From the NCBI GenBank assembly GCA_963667015.2, contig CAXXJJ010000004.1, positions 3,232,001 through 3,296,000 on the forward strand: a DNA stretch of 64,000 nucleotides, given 5' to 3'. The notes under the pieces are model-generated. The model was not told the DNA's origin. It did not search any database and saw only the letters and a list, made by a program, of their open reading frames with translations. Within the stretch, counting starts at the first letter, position 1. Each line of letters starts with the position of its first letter. This document shows, piece by piece, positions 51,715 to 60,611 of the stretch. Position numbers and translations under genes: made by a program. The stretch is from Desulfatiglandales bacterium. Lineage in GTDB: Bacteria; Desulfobacterota; DSM-4660; Desulfatiglandales; HGW-15.

Positions 51715-53988
51715 ATGAAAATCCAGGCAAAAAACATTAGTATCAAATGGCAACTTATGGCGATCTGCATTTTACTGGTCACGGTACCTGTGCTGACGCT
51801 GGGAGTTCTCAGCTATAAGAACACAGAGAAAGAAACCTTTAATCAGATAGAGCAAAGGCTTGAACAGCAGGCCTTGCAGGTAAAAATGCTTGTTGAAAAC
51901 AGCTATAAGGAAATACAGGACAACAAAGCAAGCTCGGACCTGCTGGCAAAGGATATTGTCGGCTCACAGGCAGAGGCCTTATCAAAGTTTTTAAGTGCCT
52001 GGGAAGGTCCGGTTAAGGGGCTTAATGATGTCATCGCATCAATAAAGGTTGGTGAAACAGGGTATATCTGGGTATTGGACTATGAAGGCAAGCTCCTTGT
52101 ATCCAAGGACAAACAGAACATTGGAAATAATCTGTGGAATACGAAGGATGCTGACGGAAACTATATTATGCAGGAAGCAATCTCAACCGGCCGCAATCTT
52201 TCAGCCGGCCAGGTAGCCTATCAGGTTTATCCCTGGAAAAACACAGGGGAAGCCAAGGCAAGGAACAAGATAGCCGCCCTGCTCCATGATGTTGCGCGGA
52301 AAAGGGTTGTGGGGATCAGTGTTTATTTTGATGAACTAGTCGATGAGTCCTATGCAGATAACAAGTTAAACGAACTGAAAAAGAAATTAGCCGAGGTCGT
52401 TGTCGGAAAGTCGGGATATATTTTCATTCTGGATGAAAAGGGTAATTATGTCCTTTCATATAACCGTGAAAGGGATGGAGAAAACATATGGGATGCGAAG
52501 GATATCAACGGCTCTTATTACATACGTGAAATTGTAAAAAAGGCCGCACCCCTAGGCAGTTCGGATACTGCAACAACCTATTACCCCTGGCAGAACACCG
52601 GCGAGACCAGCTCCCGGATGAAGCTTGCAAGCTATGCCTATTTCCCTGAATGGAACTGGGTCATTGCCTCATCCGCCTACCAGGAGGATTTCCTTGACGG
52701 CCTGAACCAGATTTTTAAACTAACAACCATTATCGTCATACTCGCAATCATGGCCGGGTCTCTTGTAGCATATCTGTTTACCTCTGCTTTGACCGGTAAA
52801 ATTAATACCCTTGTATCAAAGCTTAAGAAGGTATCCCTTGGAGATCTGCAGGTTGAGACAGAGGAAGATCCCGGAACAAATGAAATAGGCACCATGACAG
52901 GCGCCCTTGATAAAATGGTCGAAAATCTAAAAGGGACGGCTATGATGGCAGAAGAAATTGCCCAGGGGGATCTTACTGTAGAGGTTAATATCCTGTCTGA
53001 TAAAGATACCCTTGGAAAGGCCCTCTCGTCCATGGTGGAAAAACTTGCCAGGGTGGTAAGTGAAGTAAAAGTTGCAGCCGACAACGTTGCATCGGGCAGC
53101 CAGCAGCTCAGTTCAAGCAGTGAAGAAATGTCACAGGGTGCTACGGAACAGGCATCTTCAGCCGAAGAAGCATCCTCATCAGTTGAAGAAATGGCCTCTA
53201 ATATACGGCAAAACGCTGACAACGCGCAGCAGACAGAAAAGATAGCGATAAAGTCCGCAAGTGATGCAAAGGAAGGCGGAGGCGCCGTGAATGAAACTTT
53301 AACTGCTATGAGGGAAATAGCGGAAAAAATAACCATTATTGAAGAAATAGCCCGCTCCACAGACCTTCTTGCACTTAACGCGGCGATTGAGGCGGCAAGG
53401 GCAGGAGAACATGGAAAGGGTTTTGCAGTTGTGGCATCCGAGGTTCGTAAGCTTGCGGAACGCAGCCAGACAGCCGCAGGCGAGATCAGCAAGCTGTCAT
53501 CCTCGAGTGTTGCAGTTGCAGAAAGCGCGGGAGATATGCTTACGAGACTCGTTCCTGATATTCAGAAGACCGCTGAACTTGTTCAGGAAATAAGCGCTGC
53601 AAGCAATGAGCAGAGCACCGGGGCAGAGCAGATTAACAAGGCAATACAGCAGCTCGATCAGGTAATCCAGCAGAATGCCTCGGTTTCGGAAGAAATAGCC
53701 TCAACATCAGAACAGCTTGCAGCACAGGCAGAACAGCTTCAGGAATCAGTGAGTTTCTTTTCTGTTCATAAAGATGTCGAGGCAAACATGAAAGGCTCAA
53801 TGCAAAAAAGGTCTAATCGCGAAAAGTCCCCAGCAAGGCAGGTTAAAAAGGATGTAAAAAGAAGCACAGCGGTTGGTCTTTATGAACCGGGTGATGACCT
53901 GAGAAAAAACGGCAAAGGTTTTGCTCTGGACATGGGAGATGGAGACATTGTTCAAGATGATTATGACAAGGATTTTGAGAAATATTAA
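51715..53988 (+). CDS. methyl-accepting chemotaxis protein with duplicated Cache-type sensor modules
   Basis: 2 [41 protein letters not shown]-terminal DFEKY. Confidence 0.97.
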   Translation: MKIQAKNISIKWQLMAICILLVTVPVLTLGVLSYKNTEKETFNQIEQRLEQQALQVKMLVENSYKEIQDNKASSDLLAKDIVGSQAEALSKFLSAWEGPVKGLNDVIASIKVGETGYIWVLDYEGKLLVSKDKQNIGNNLWNTKDADGNYIMQEAISTGRNLSAGQVAYQVYPWKNTGEAKARNKIAALLHDVARKRVVGISVYFDELVDESYADNKLNELKKKLAEVVVGKSGYIFILDEKGNYVLSYNRERDGENIWDAKDINGSYYIREIVKKAAPLGSSDTATTYYPWQNTGETSSRMKLASYAYFPEWNWVIASSAYQEDFLDGLNQIFKLTTIIVILAIMAGSLVAYLFTSALTGKINTLVSKLKKVSLGDLQVETEEDPGTNEIGTMTGALDKMVENLKGTAMMAEEIAQGDLTVEVNILSDKDTLGKALSSMVEKLARVVSEVKVAADNVASGSQQLSSSSEEMSQGATEQASSAEEASSSVEEMASNIRQNADNAQQTEKIAIKSASDAKEGGGAVNETLTAMREIAEKITIIEEIARSTDLLALNAAIEAARAGEHGKGFAVVASEVRKLAERSQTAAGEISKLSSSSVAVAESAGDMLTRLVPDIQKTAELVQEISAASNEQSTGAEQINKAIQQLDQVIQQNASVSEEIASTSEQLAAQAEQLQESVSFFSVHKDVEANMKGSMQKRSNREKSPARQVKKDVKRSTAVGLYEPGDDLRKNGKGFALDMGDGDIVQDDYDKDFEKY

Positions 53989-53995
53989 TAGAGCC

Positions 53996-54017
53996 ACCCC
54001 ACCGAAAACGGTGGGGT
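53996..54017. repeat. GC-rich REP-like hairpin between MCP and cheW
   Basis: ACCCCACCG-AAAA-CGGTGGGGT perfect 9-bp stem, no U tract. Confidence 0.6.
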
Positions 54018-54074
54018 ATCAGGCTGAATCCTGTCATATGAAATTAAAATGGTTCATACGAGGATAAAACTACC

Positions 54075-54602
54075 ATGGATGTATCAACAAATATTGAAGG
54101 GATATCACAGTATCTCTCTTTTCACCTGGGAGAAGAATTATTTGCCATTGAAGTATCCCGTGTAAGAGAGATCCTTGAATTCATAAGAATAACGCCTGTT
54201 CCAAGCGCCCCGGAATATTTAAAAGGCATTATCAATGTGCGGGGCAGTGTTGTCCCTGTTATAAACCTGCATTGTAAGCTGGGACTGCCAGAATCTGAGA
54301 GGGGCATTCATTCAAGGATAATTGTAACCGAGCTGCCGCTGGGAGATGAAAATATTGTCCTGGGAGTAATTGCCGACTCGGTAAATGAAGTCGTTGATTT
54401 AAGAGAAGGAGATATTGATGCCCCTCCCAGGATAGGGAACAAATACCATGCATTGACTAAAGGTATTGCAAACAGGGAAAATAATTTCATTATAATTCTT
54501 GATGTCGATAATATATTTTCAAATAACAGGACAAAAACTGACCAGGGCATACCGTCTGACATTGATGAGGATATGACAGAAATGGAAGCAGCGGTCATTT
54601 GA
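54075..54602 (+). CDS. cheW: chemotaxis coupling protein CheW
   Basis: YLSFHLGEELFA, GIINVRGSVVPVI, GVIADSVNEV. Confidence 0.95.
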   Translation: MDVSTNIEGISQYLSFHLGEELFAIEVSRVREILEFIRITPVPSAPEYLKGIINVRGSVVPVINLHCKLGLPESERGIHSRIIVTELPLGDENIVLGVIADSVNEVVDLREGDIDAPPRIGNKYHALTKGIANRENNFIIILDVDNIFSNNRTKTDQGIPSDIDEDMTEMEAAVI

Positions 54603-54673
54603 TTTTATAATTATAAACCCTGCCGCAGAAGGAATCATTCCTCTGACTTGACTTTCCACCCTTCATTTATATA

Positions 54674-54707
54674 GTGTTCATCCATAAAATATTTTATGGA
54701 TGAACAC
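54674..54707. repeat. perfect 34-bp palindrome upstream of HAD gene
   Basis: GTGTTCATCCATAAAAT|ATTTTATGGATGAACAC. Confidence 0.9.
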
Positions 54708-54721
54708 CGGATATTATTATC

Positions 54722-55477
54722 ATGAAAGATATCAGCGCTATAGGATTTGACCTGTTTAACACCCTTATTGTTATTGAGCCTGACACCCTTGTCCATGCAA
54801 TGCAGAGGATGCTCAAAAGCCTTGAAGAAAGCGGTTTTCCCATTGAGGAGTCTACATATATAAGGGATTACAGAGATGCTGCATCAATATATGTTGCCCG
54901 GGCAAGAAGGGATGGCATAGAGACCCATAACAGCATATGGGTAAGCCATGTTCTGAATAATTACGGGATCGATATCCTGCCTGAGGATAAAAGAATAGGC
55001 AAGGCTGTAGATGATTATTTTTCTGCCTTTTATGACAGGGTAAGCCTTATACCGGACACCCTTGAAACCCTGACCACATTAAAACAGTCATACTCACTTG
55101 GCCTGTTATCCAACTTTACACATGCCCCCGCAGCCAGAGAAATATTGATAAGGACAGGACTGGCACCCTGTTTTGATGCCATACTCATCTCCGGTGAAAT
55201 TGGATATCGTAAACCCCATGCCTTTGTCTTTGAAGAGCTCTCAAAAGGCCTGGGTGTTAAAAAAGAAAAGATACTCTTTACAGGAGATGATCCTGAACCG
55301 GATATCCATGGGGCTTCAAAGGCCGGCCTGAATCCTGTCTGGTTCACATATATTATTGACCAGGATGTACCTGTAATAAGGGGCACTATTCAGAGTGAGA
55401 TCACCAAACCCGAGATTGAAGTTCCCCGTGCATCATCATGGAAACAGTTCATGACTATTTTAAACAGGGAAGCCTGA
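54722..55477 (+). CDS. HAD family hydrolase
   Basis: FDLFNTL, LSN, RKP, GDDPEPD. Confidence 0.92.
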   Translation: MKDISAIGFDLFNTLIVIEPDTLVHAMQRMLKSLEESGFPIEESTYIRDYRDAASIYVARARRDGIETHNSIWVSHVLNNYGIDILPEDKRIGKAVDDYFSAFYDRVSLIPDTLETLTTLKQSYSLGLLSNFTHAPAAREILIRTGLAPCFDAILISGEIGYRKPHAFVFEELSKGLGVKKEKILFTGDDPEPDIHGASKAGLNPVWFTYIIDQDVPVIRGTIQSEITKPEIEVPRASSWKQFMTILNREA

Positions 55478-55658
55478 TCCCTGCAGATACAGAACTTGCC
55501 TTGTCTCTACAGAATTATACGTGATCCCTGTTATTCCAATATTCATTTGGACTTGATTAAAAAAAAAACATATGATAGCTGAATATTTTGCACAAAAATC
55601 AATATCTTGTGTTAAACGAACTATAATATTGGAGCTTTAAAATAAGGAGGAGGAAACA

Positions 55659-56420
55659 ATGGATCTTGGGTTAAAAGGACAGATCGCTCTGGTAACCGGA
55701 GCAGGCAGCCAGATAGGCTTTGGTAAGGAAATAGCTTTATCACTGGCAAGAGAAGGCTGTGCAGCAATCGCTGTAACAGATATTAATCTTGATGATGCAA
55801 AACTTACCTGTGAAGCGGTAAAGGCTGCAGGAGCAAAGAGTATAGCCATAAAGGCCGACGTTACAAACAAGGCCGAAGTCGACGCAATGGTAAAAGAGGT
55901 AATAGCTGAGTTTGGTGACATAGATATCCTGTGTAATGTAGCCGGTGCAATCATGTCAGGAGGCCCATTTGAGGAACAGGACCCCGCAATATGGGAAAAA
56001 GAGGTTGCACTCAATCTCTTCAGCCCCATGTATGTTGCTGCAGCAGTACTCCCGAGCATGAGGAAAAAGGGAAAGGGTTCGATCGTCAATATCGGTTCAG
56101 GCAGCTCTCATATGTACAGTCACGGCGTTGGCGTATATGCCCAGGCAAAGGGCGCGGTTGATGTTTTTACAAAACAGCTTGCAACCGCCGAAGCGCCCAA
56201 TAAAATCAGGGTGAATTGTGTTGCCCCCGGTCCTGCACCAACAAACTTCATAAAGGCAGAAGATAAACAGGCGGTTATTGACTTCCTCAAAAAGGAGCTC
56301 CCCCTTGGAAGAGCAACCTCCGCACAGGATATAGCTGCGGCTACACTTTTCTTTGCAGGTGACATATCAATCGATATCAGCGGACAGGTTCTTCATGTAT
56401 CCGGCGCATCAGTAATGTAG
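55659..56420 (+). CDS. SDR family oxidoreductase
   Basis: VTGAGSQIGFG, NVAG, YAQAK, VNCVAPG. Confidence 0.93.
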   Translation: MDLGLKGQIALVTGAGSQIGFGKEIALSLAREGCAAIAVTDINLDDAKLTCEAVKAAGAKSIAIKADVTNKAEVDAMVKEVIAEFGDIDILCNVAGAIMSGGPFEEQDPAIWEKEVALNLFSPMYVAAAVLPSMRKKGKGSIVNIGSGSSHMYSHGVGVYAQAKGAVDVFTKQLATAEAPNKIRVNCVAPGPAPTNFIKAEDKQAVIDFLKKELPLGRATSAQDIAAATLFFAGDISIDISGQVLHVSGASVM

Positions 56421-56456
56421 CAGGTATTTGATTAATAGATTAATTTCTCGTCTTAC

Positions 56457-56499
56457 GGCTGCAGCTTCTTAAAAAAAATAAAGAGGCTGCAGCCTTTTT
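56457..56499 (+). terminator. intrinsic terminator
   Basis: GGCTGCAGCTTCTT...AAGAGGCTGCAGCC followed by T5. Confidence 0.8.
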
Positions 56500-56625
56500 C
56501 ATGGTGGAATGGCATTCCTGTTGAAAAATCATGGGTCAGTTTGAGGAAGAACTGCCGAAAGTTCATCTCCCTTGACACTCATCTTTTTATTATTAAAATT
56601 GTTTAATTAAAGGAGGTATAACATT

Positions 56626-56832
56626 ATGGAGGAAAAAATATTTCACATACCCAACATTTCATGCGGCCACTGTGTAAACAGCATAAAAAATGAACTTGAA
56701 GAACTTGACGGAATTTTAAAGGTTTCAGGAGATCCGGAAAAAAGAGTAATAAACGTTGAATGGGAAAGTCCTGCAACTGTTGAAACAATAAAAGAAACAC
56801 TCGCTGAGATAAATTACCCTGCAGCTGACTAA
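56626..56832 (+). CDS. copZ: heavy-metal-associated domain protein (CopZ-like)
   Basis: ISCGHC motif, 68 aa, AAGGAGG RBS, upstream TTGACA...TAAAAT. Confidence 0.88.
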   Translation: MEEKIFHIPNISCGHCVNSIKNELEELDGILKVSGDPEKRVINVEWESPATVETIKETLAEINYPAAD

Positions 56833-57171
56833 CCTGTATGGATTTACAGGAAAAATATGCATAAGGCCTTTGGATACAGATGTTACGGTAAAGTAAATCC
56901 TGATTAAAAAACCTGTAGATTTTCCAGATTTGTGAATCCAGTCATAGGGGACTCTGAACCTTTCACCCAGATCTTTTATTACTAAAATTAATTTTCGGAA
57001 CAAAACCCGGACAGACCCTGTCTAACGGTTAATGTGAACCCACATTTGAACTATCTTTTACCTTGACTAACATATGTATTTGGATTAAAAGTTAATGTTC
57101 AAATTATTAAAATAATTAAATAAAATCATCATTCACTATAATTTTTAAATACTTATATCGGTCTAATTATT

Positions 57172-58656
57172 ATGGAAAAAACAAGCACGGTTATAGAAGA
57201 TAGAAAGAAGAAAATCGATCGTTTAAAAGAAATGGGAATCAACCCCTATCCCGCCGGATATAAATTTGACCTCAAGGCCAGTGAGGCGGTTGAGAAATTC
57301 GGCAAAATCAGTGGTGAGGAACTGGAAAAGGACGATACCTCCTATTCCCTTGCAGGCAGGATAATGTCAATGAGGGTATTCGGGAAGGCCGCCTTTATTC
57401 ATATAAAAGACAGTTCAGGAATGCTGCAGGCCTATATCAGAAAAGATAAGGTAGGAGATGAAGGCTATCAGCTTTTCAAACTGATGGATATTGGGGACTA
57501 TGTCGGCCTAACAGGCTCCTTTTTTAAGACAAAAACCGATGAACTGACTATTGTTGCAACGGAAATAAGACTTTTAACAAAGTCTGTAAGGCCTTTACCG
57601 GAAAAATGGCACGGGCTAACGGATATAGAAACAAGATACCGTCAGCGTTATGTGGACCTCATCGTAAATGACGAAGTAAGGGACGTTTTTAAAACCCGAA
57701 GCAAAATCGTCAGTTTTTTCAGGCAGTTCTTCAACTCCATGGACTTTCTGGAGGTTGAAACGCCAATGATGCAGACCATACCCGGAGGAGCAACCGCCAG
57801 ACCATTCAAGACGTATCATAATGCCCTTGGAATGGATCTTTACCTCAGGATCGCGCCAGAGCTCTTTCTTAAAAGGCTTATTGTGGGCGGACTGGACAGG
57901 GTCTATGAAATAAACAGGAATTTCAGAAACGAGGGTATTTCGGTAAAGCATAACCCTGAATTCACAATGCTGGAATTTTATATGGCATATGCTACCTATG
58001 AAGATCTCATGGATCTTACCGAGAAACTCTTCAGTCAGCTGCTTACCGAGATATGCGGCAAGCTGGTGATAGAATACCAGGGCAGCCAGATTGATTTTAC
58101 ACCGCCATGGCCCAGGATATCTTTATATGATTCGATCAGGGAAGTGGGCGGTGCAGTTGATGATGTATTTGAAAATCTTGAGGCTGCAATTGAGTTTGCA
58201 CACTCAAAAAATATCACCCTTTCCAAAATGGACAGCCATGGAAAGGTTCTTGAAAAAATCTTTGACCAGCTTGTAGAACCAAGGTTGATCAACCCGACAT
58301 TTATTATCGGGCATCCGACCGAGATTTCACCTTTATCAAGGAAAAATGATGAGAATCCGGATATTGTCGACAGATTCGAGCTGTTTATCGCCGGTAAAGA
58401 GATAGCCAATGCATTTACAGAATTAAATGACCCGGATGATCAGCGTGGAAGATTTGAGAATCAGGTAGCATTGAGAGAATCAGGAGATGATGAGGCGCAG
58501 TTCATGGATGAAGACTATGTTACAGCCCTTGAATATGGCCTTCCGCCTACGGCAGGACAGGGTATAGGAATAGACAGGGTTGTCATGCTGTTGACCAATT
58601 CTCCATCTATCAGAGACGTGATCCTTTTTCCGCATATGCGAAACAAACAGGTATAA
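57172..58656 (+). CDS. lysS: lysine--tRNA ligase, class II
   Basis: RYRQRY, YLRIAPEL, FRNEG, HNPEF, GIGIDR. Confidence 0.98.
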   Translation: MEKTSTVIEDRKKKIDRLKEMGINPYPAGYKFDLKASEAVEKFGKISGEELEKDDTSYSLAGRIMSMRVFGKAAFIHIKDSSGMLQAYIRKDKVGDEGYQLFKLMDIGDYVGLTGSFFKTKTDELTIVATEIRLLTKSVRPLPEKWHGLTDIETRYRQRYVDLIVNDEVRDVFKTRSKIVSFFRQFFNSMDFLEVETPMMQTIPGGATARPFKTYHNALGMDLYLRIAPELFLKRLIVGGLDRVYEINRNFRNEGISVKHNPEFTMLEFYMAYATYEDLMDLTEKLFSQLLTEICGKLVIEYQGSQIDFTPPWPRISLYDSIREVGGAVDDVFENLEAAIEFAHSKNITLSKMDSHGKVLEKIFDQLVEPRLINPTFIIGHPTEISPLSRKNDENPDIVDRFELFIAGKEIANAFTELNDPDDQRGRFENQVALRESGDDEAQFMDEDYVTALEYGLPPTAGQGIGIDRVVMLLTNSPSIRDVILFPHMRNKQV

Positions 58657-58669
58657 CAAGAAAGGCGCT

Positions 58670-58690
58670 CCCCCGGTTAAAACCCGGGGG
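58670..58690. repeat. GC-rich REP-like hairpin between lysS and lolC/E
   Basis: CCCCCGG-TTAAAAC-CCGGGGG. Confidence 0.55.
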
Positions 58691-58701
58691 TTCCATTTTA
58701 A

Positions 58702-59928
58702 ATGCTATTTGAAATATTCTTAAGCTTGAGATATCTCAGGGCCAAACGAAAGCAGGCCTTTATCTCGGTAATATCCCTTATCTCCATCGTGGGTGTCACA
58801 GTTGGCATTATGGCACTTATCGTGGTCCTTTCCGTGATGAATGGCTTCCGAAAGGAACTCATAACAAAATCTCTGGGAATTACACCGCATGTCAGGATAC
58901 AAAATTACGAAGGCGTTATAAGCGATTATGACAGACTGATGGAAGAAGTTAAGTCCGTGGACGGGGTTGTTGAAACCTCGGCCGCAATCTTTAAAGAAGT
59001 AGGAATAACTGCCATTTATACCACAGGTGTTTACCTCTCAGGAGTGAATCCTGAAACCATTACCAGAGTAATCGATATTAACAGCATGATGACAGAGGGG
59101 GATATTTCTTCCTTAGAAAATTCTAACGAGGATATCCCCGGTATAATTCTCGGGAACGAACTGGCAAGAACTCAACAGGTCGAACCCGGAGATACACTGA
59201 CGGTCATATCTCCCGGAGCAGCAAGACTTACGCCCCTCGGCAGGGTTCCCCGCAGGCAGAAGTTCAGGGTCACAGGAATTTTTTCATCCGGCCTGTATGA
59301 GTATGATGTTCGTCTGGCCTTTGTCTCTCTTCCTGAGGCGCAAAAACTTTTCGGGATCGAAGGCAGTGTGAATCAGATCAGTGTAAAGGTCGATAATGCG
59401 GAAAAGTCAGGGACAATAAGCAAAAAGATCAGAAGTATGCTTGGCAGTGAATACTGGGTACAGGACTGGACAGCCGCAAACCGCAGCATACTGGATGCAC
59501 TGCAGCTTGAAAAACACACCATGTTCGTTATACTGGCAATGATTGTAATGGTGGGGGCACTGAATATAATCAGCGGCCTGGTAATGACGGTAATAGAAAA
59601 ATCAAAGGATATTGCCATCCTGAGAACAATGGGCGCCACAAAAAAGAGCATTATGACTGTTTTTATGGTTCAGGGACTCTTTGTAGGAATAGTCGGAACA
59701 CTGACAGGAGTAGGACTGGGGCTGGGCATATGTTACCTGCTTAAGACATATCTGCATATTCCGATTCCATCCGATGTATACCCTGTCTCAAACCTGCCGG
59801 TACTGGTAGACTGGATCGATGTCCTGGTTGTGGTAATAGCCGGTCTCTTCCTCTCCTTTTTAACAACTATTTACCCGTCCTGGCACGCGTCACGCATGAA
59901 TCCGGTTGAAACATTAAGGTACGAATAA
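58702..59928 (+). CDS. lolE: lipoprotein-releasing ABC transporter permease (LolC/E/F family)
   Basis: LRYLR, VLSVMNGF, DIAILRTMGA, YPSWHAS..NPVETLRYE. Confidence 0.92.
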   Translation: MLFEIFLSLRYLRAKRKQAFISVISLISIVGVTVGIMALIVVLSVMNGFRKELITKSLGITPHVRIQNYEGVISDYDRLMEEVKSVDGVVETSAAIFKEVGITAIYTTGVYLSGVNPETITRVIDINSMMTEGDISSLENSNEDIPGIILGNELARTQQVEPGDTLTVISPGAARLTPLGRVPRRQKFRVTGIFSSGLYEYDVRLAFVSLPEAQKLFGIEGSVNQISVKVDNAEKSGTISKKIRSMLGSEYWVQDWTAANRSILDALQLEKHTMFVILAMIVMVGALNIISGLVMTVIEKSKDIAILRTMGATKKSIMTVFMVQGLFVGIVGTLTGVGLGLGICYLLKTYLHIPIPSDVYPVSNLPVLVDWIDVLVVVIAGLFLSFLTTIYPSWHASRMNPVETLRYE

Positions 59929-59948
59929 CAGGCCATGGAATATTATAC

Positions 59949-60611
59949 ATGCTTGAATTAACAGATATTTATAAAACATATAAACATAATGGGAACAATA
60001 TTGATGTCCTTAAGGGAATCAATATCACTGTTAATCAGGGAGACAGCCTGGCCATTATCGGTGCATCCGGTGTTGGAAAATCCACCCTGTTGAATATAAT
60101 GGGTGCACTGGAGCAGCCTTCAAAGGGGTATGTAAAAATCCAGGGTAAGAATATTACGGAATTTGATGAATCAGGGCTGTGCAGTTTAAGAAATAAAGAG
60201 ATCGGTTTTGTTTTTCAGTTTCATCATTTACTCCCTGAGTTTAATGCACTTGAAAATACAGTGATGCCTGCCCTTATCTCCAGAATGGGGATGAAGGAAT
60301 CAAAGGAAAGGGCGAAAATAATACTTACAAAGGTGGGGCTTGCCAATCGCCTTAATCACAGGATAGGAGAACTCTCTGGTGGAGAACAGCAACGGGTGGC
60401 CATTGCAAGGGCACTCATGATGCAGCCCAGGCTTCTTCTGGCTGACGAACCCACAGGAAACCTGGATAGAAATACAGGTAAGGATATAGTTGATCTTCTC
60501 CTCCGCATAAGGGAAGAGGAGGGTTTGAGCATGGTTATAGTTACCCATAATCAGCAGTTGGCGGATAATATGACAAAGGTAATGGAGATTGTCGATGGTA
60601 AATTACAGTAG
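59949..60611 (+). CDS. lolD: lipoprotein-releasing ABC transporter ATP-binding protein
   Basis: [19 protein letters not shown]olD motif, [17 protein letters not shown]. Confidence 0.94.
   Translation: MLELTDIYKTYKHNGNNIDVLKGINITVNQGDSLAIIGASGVGKSTLLNIMGALEQPSKGYVKIQGKNITEFDESGLCSLRNKEIGFVFQFHHLLPEFNALENTVMPALISRMGMKESKERAKIILTKVGLANRLNHRIGELSGGEQQRVAIARALMMQPRLLLADEPTGNLDRNTGKDIVDLLLRIREEEGLSMVIVTHNQQLADNMTKVMEIVDGKLQ

Noticed and set aside
56725..57060. 92-aa minus ORF and small hairpins between copZ and lysS
   Set aside because: ORF overlaps copZ antisense with no motif; hairpins match no RNA family I can recognise
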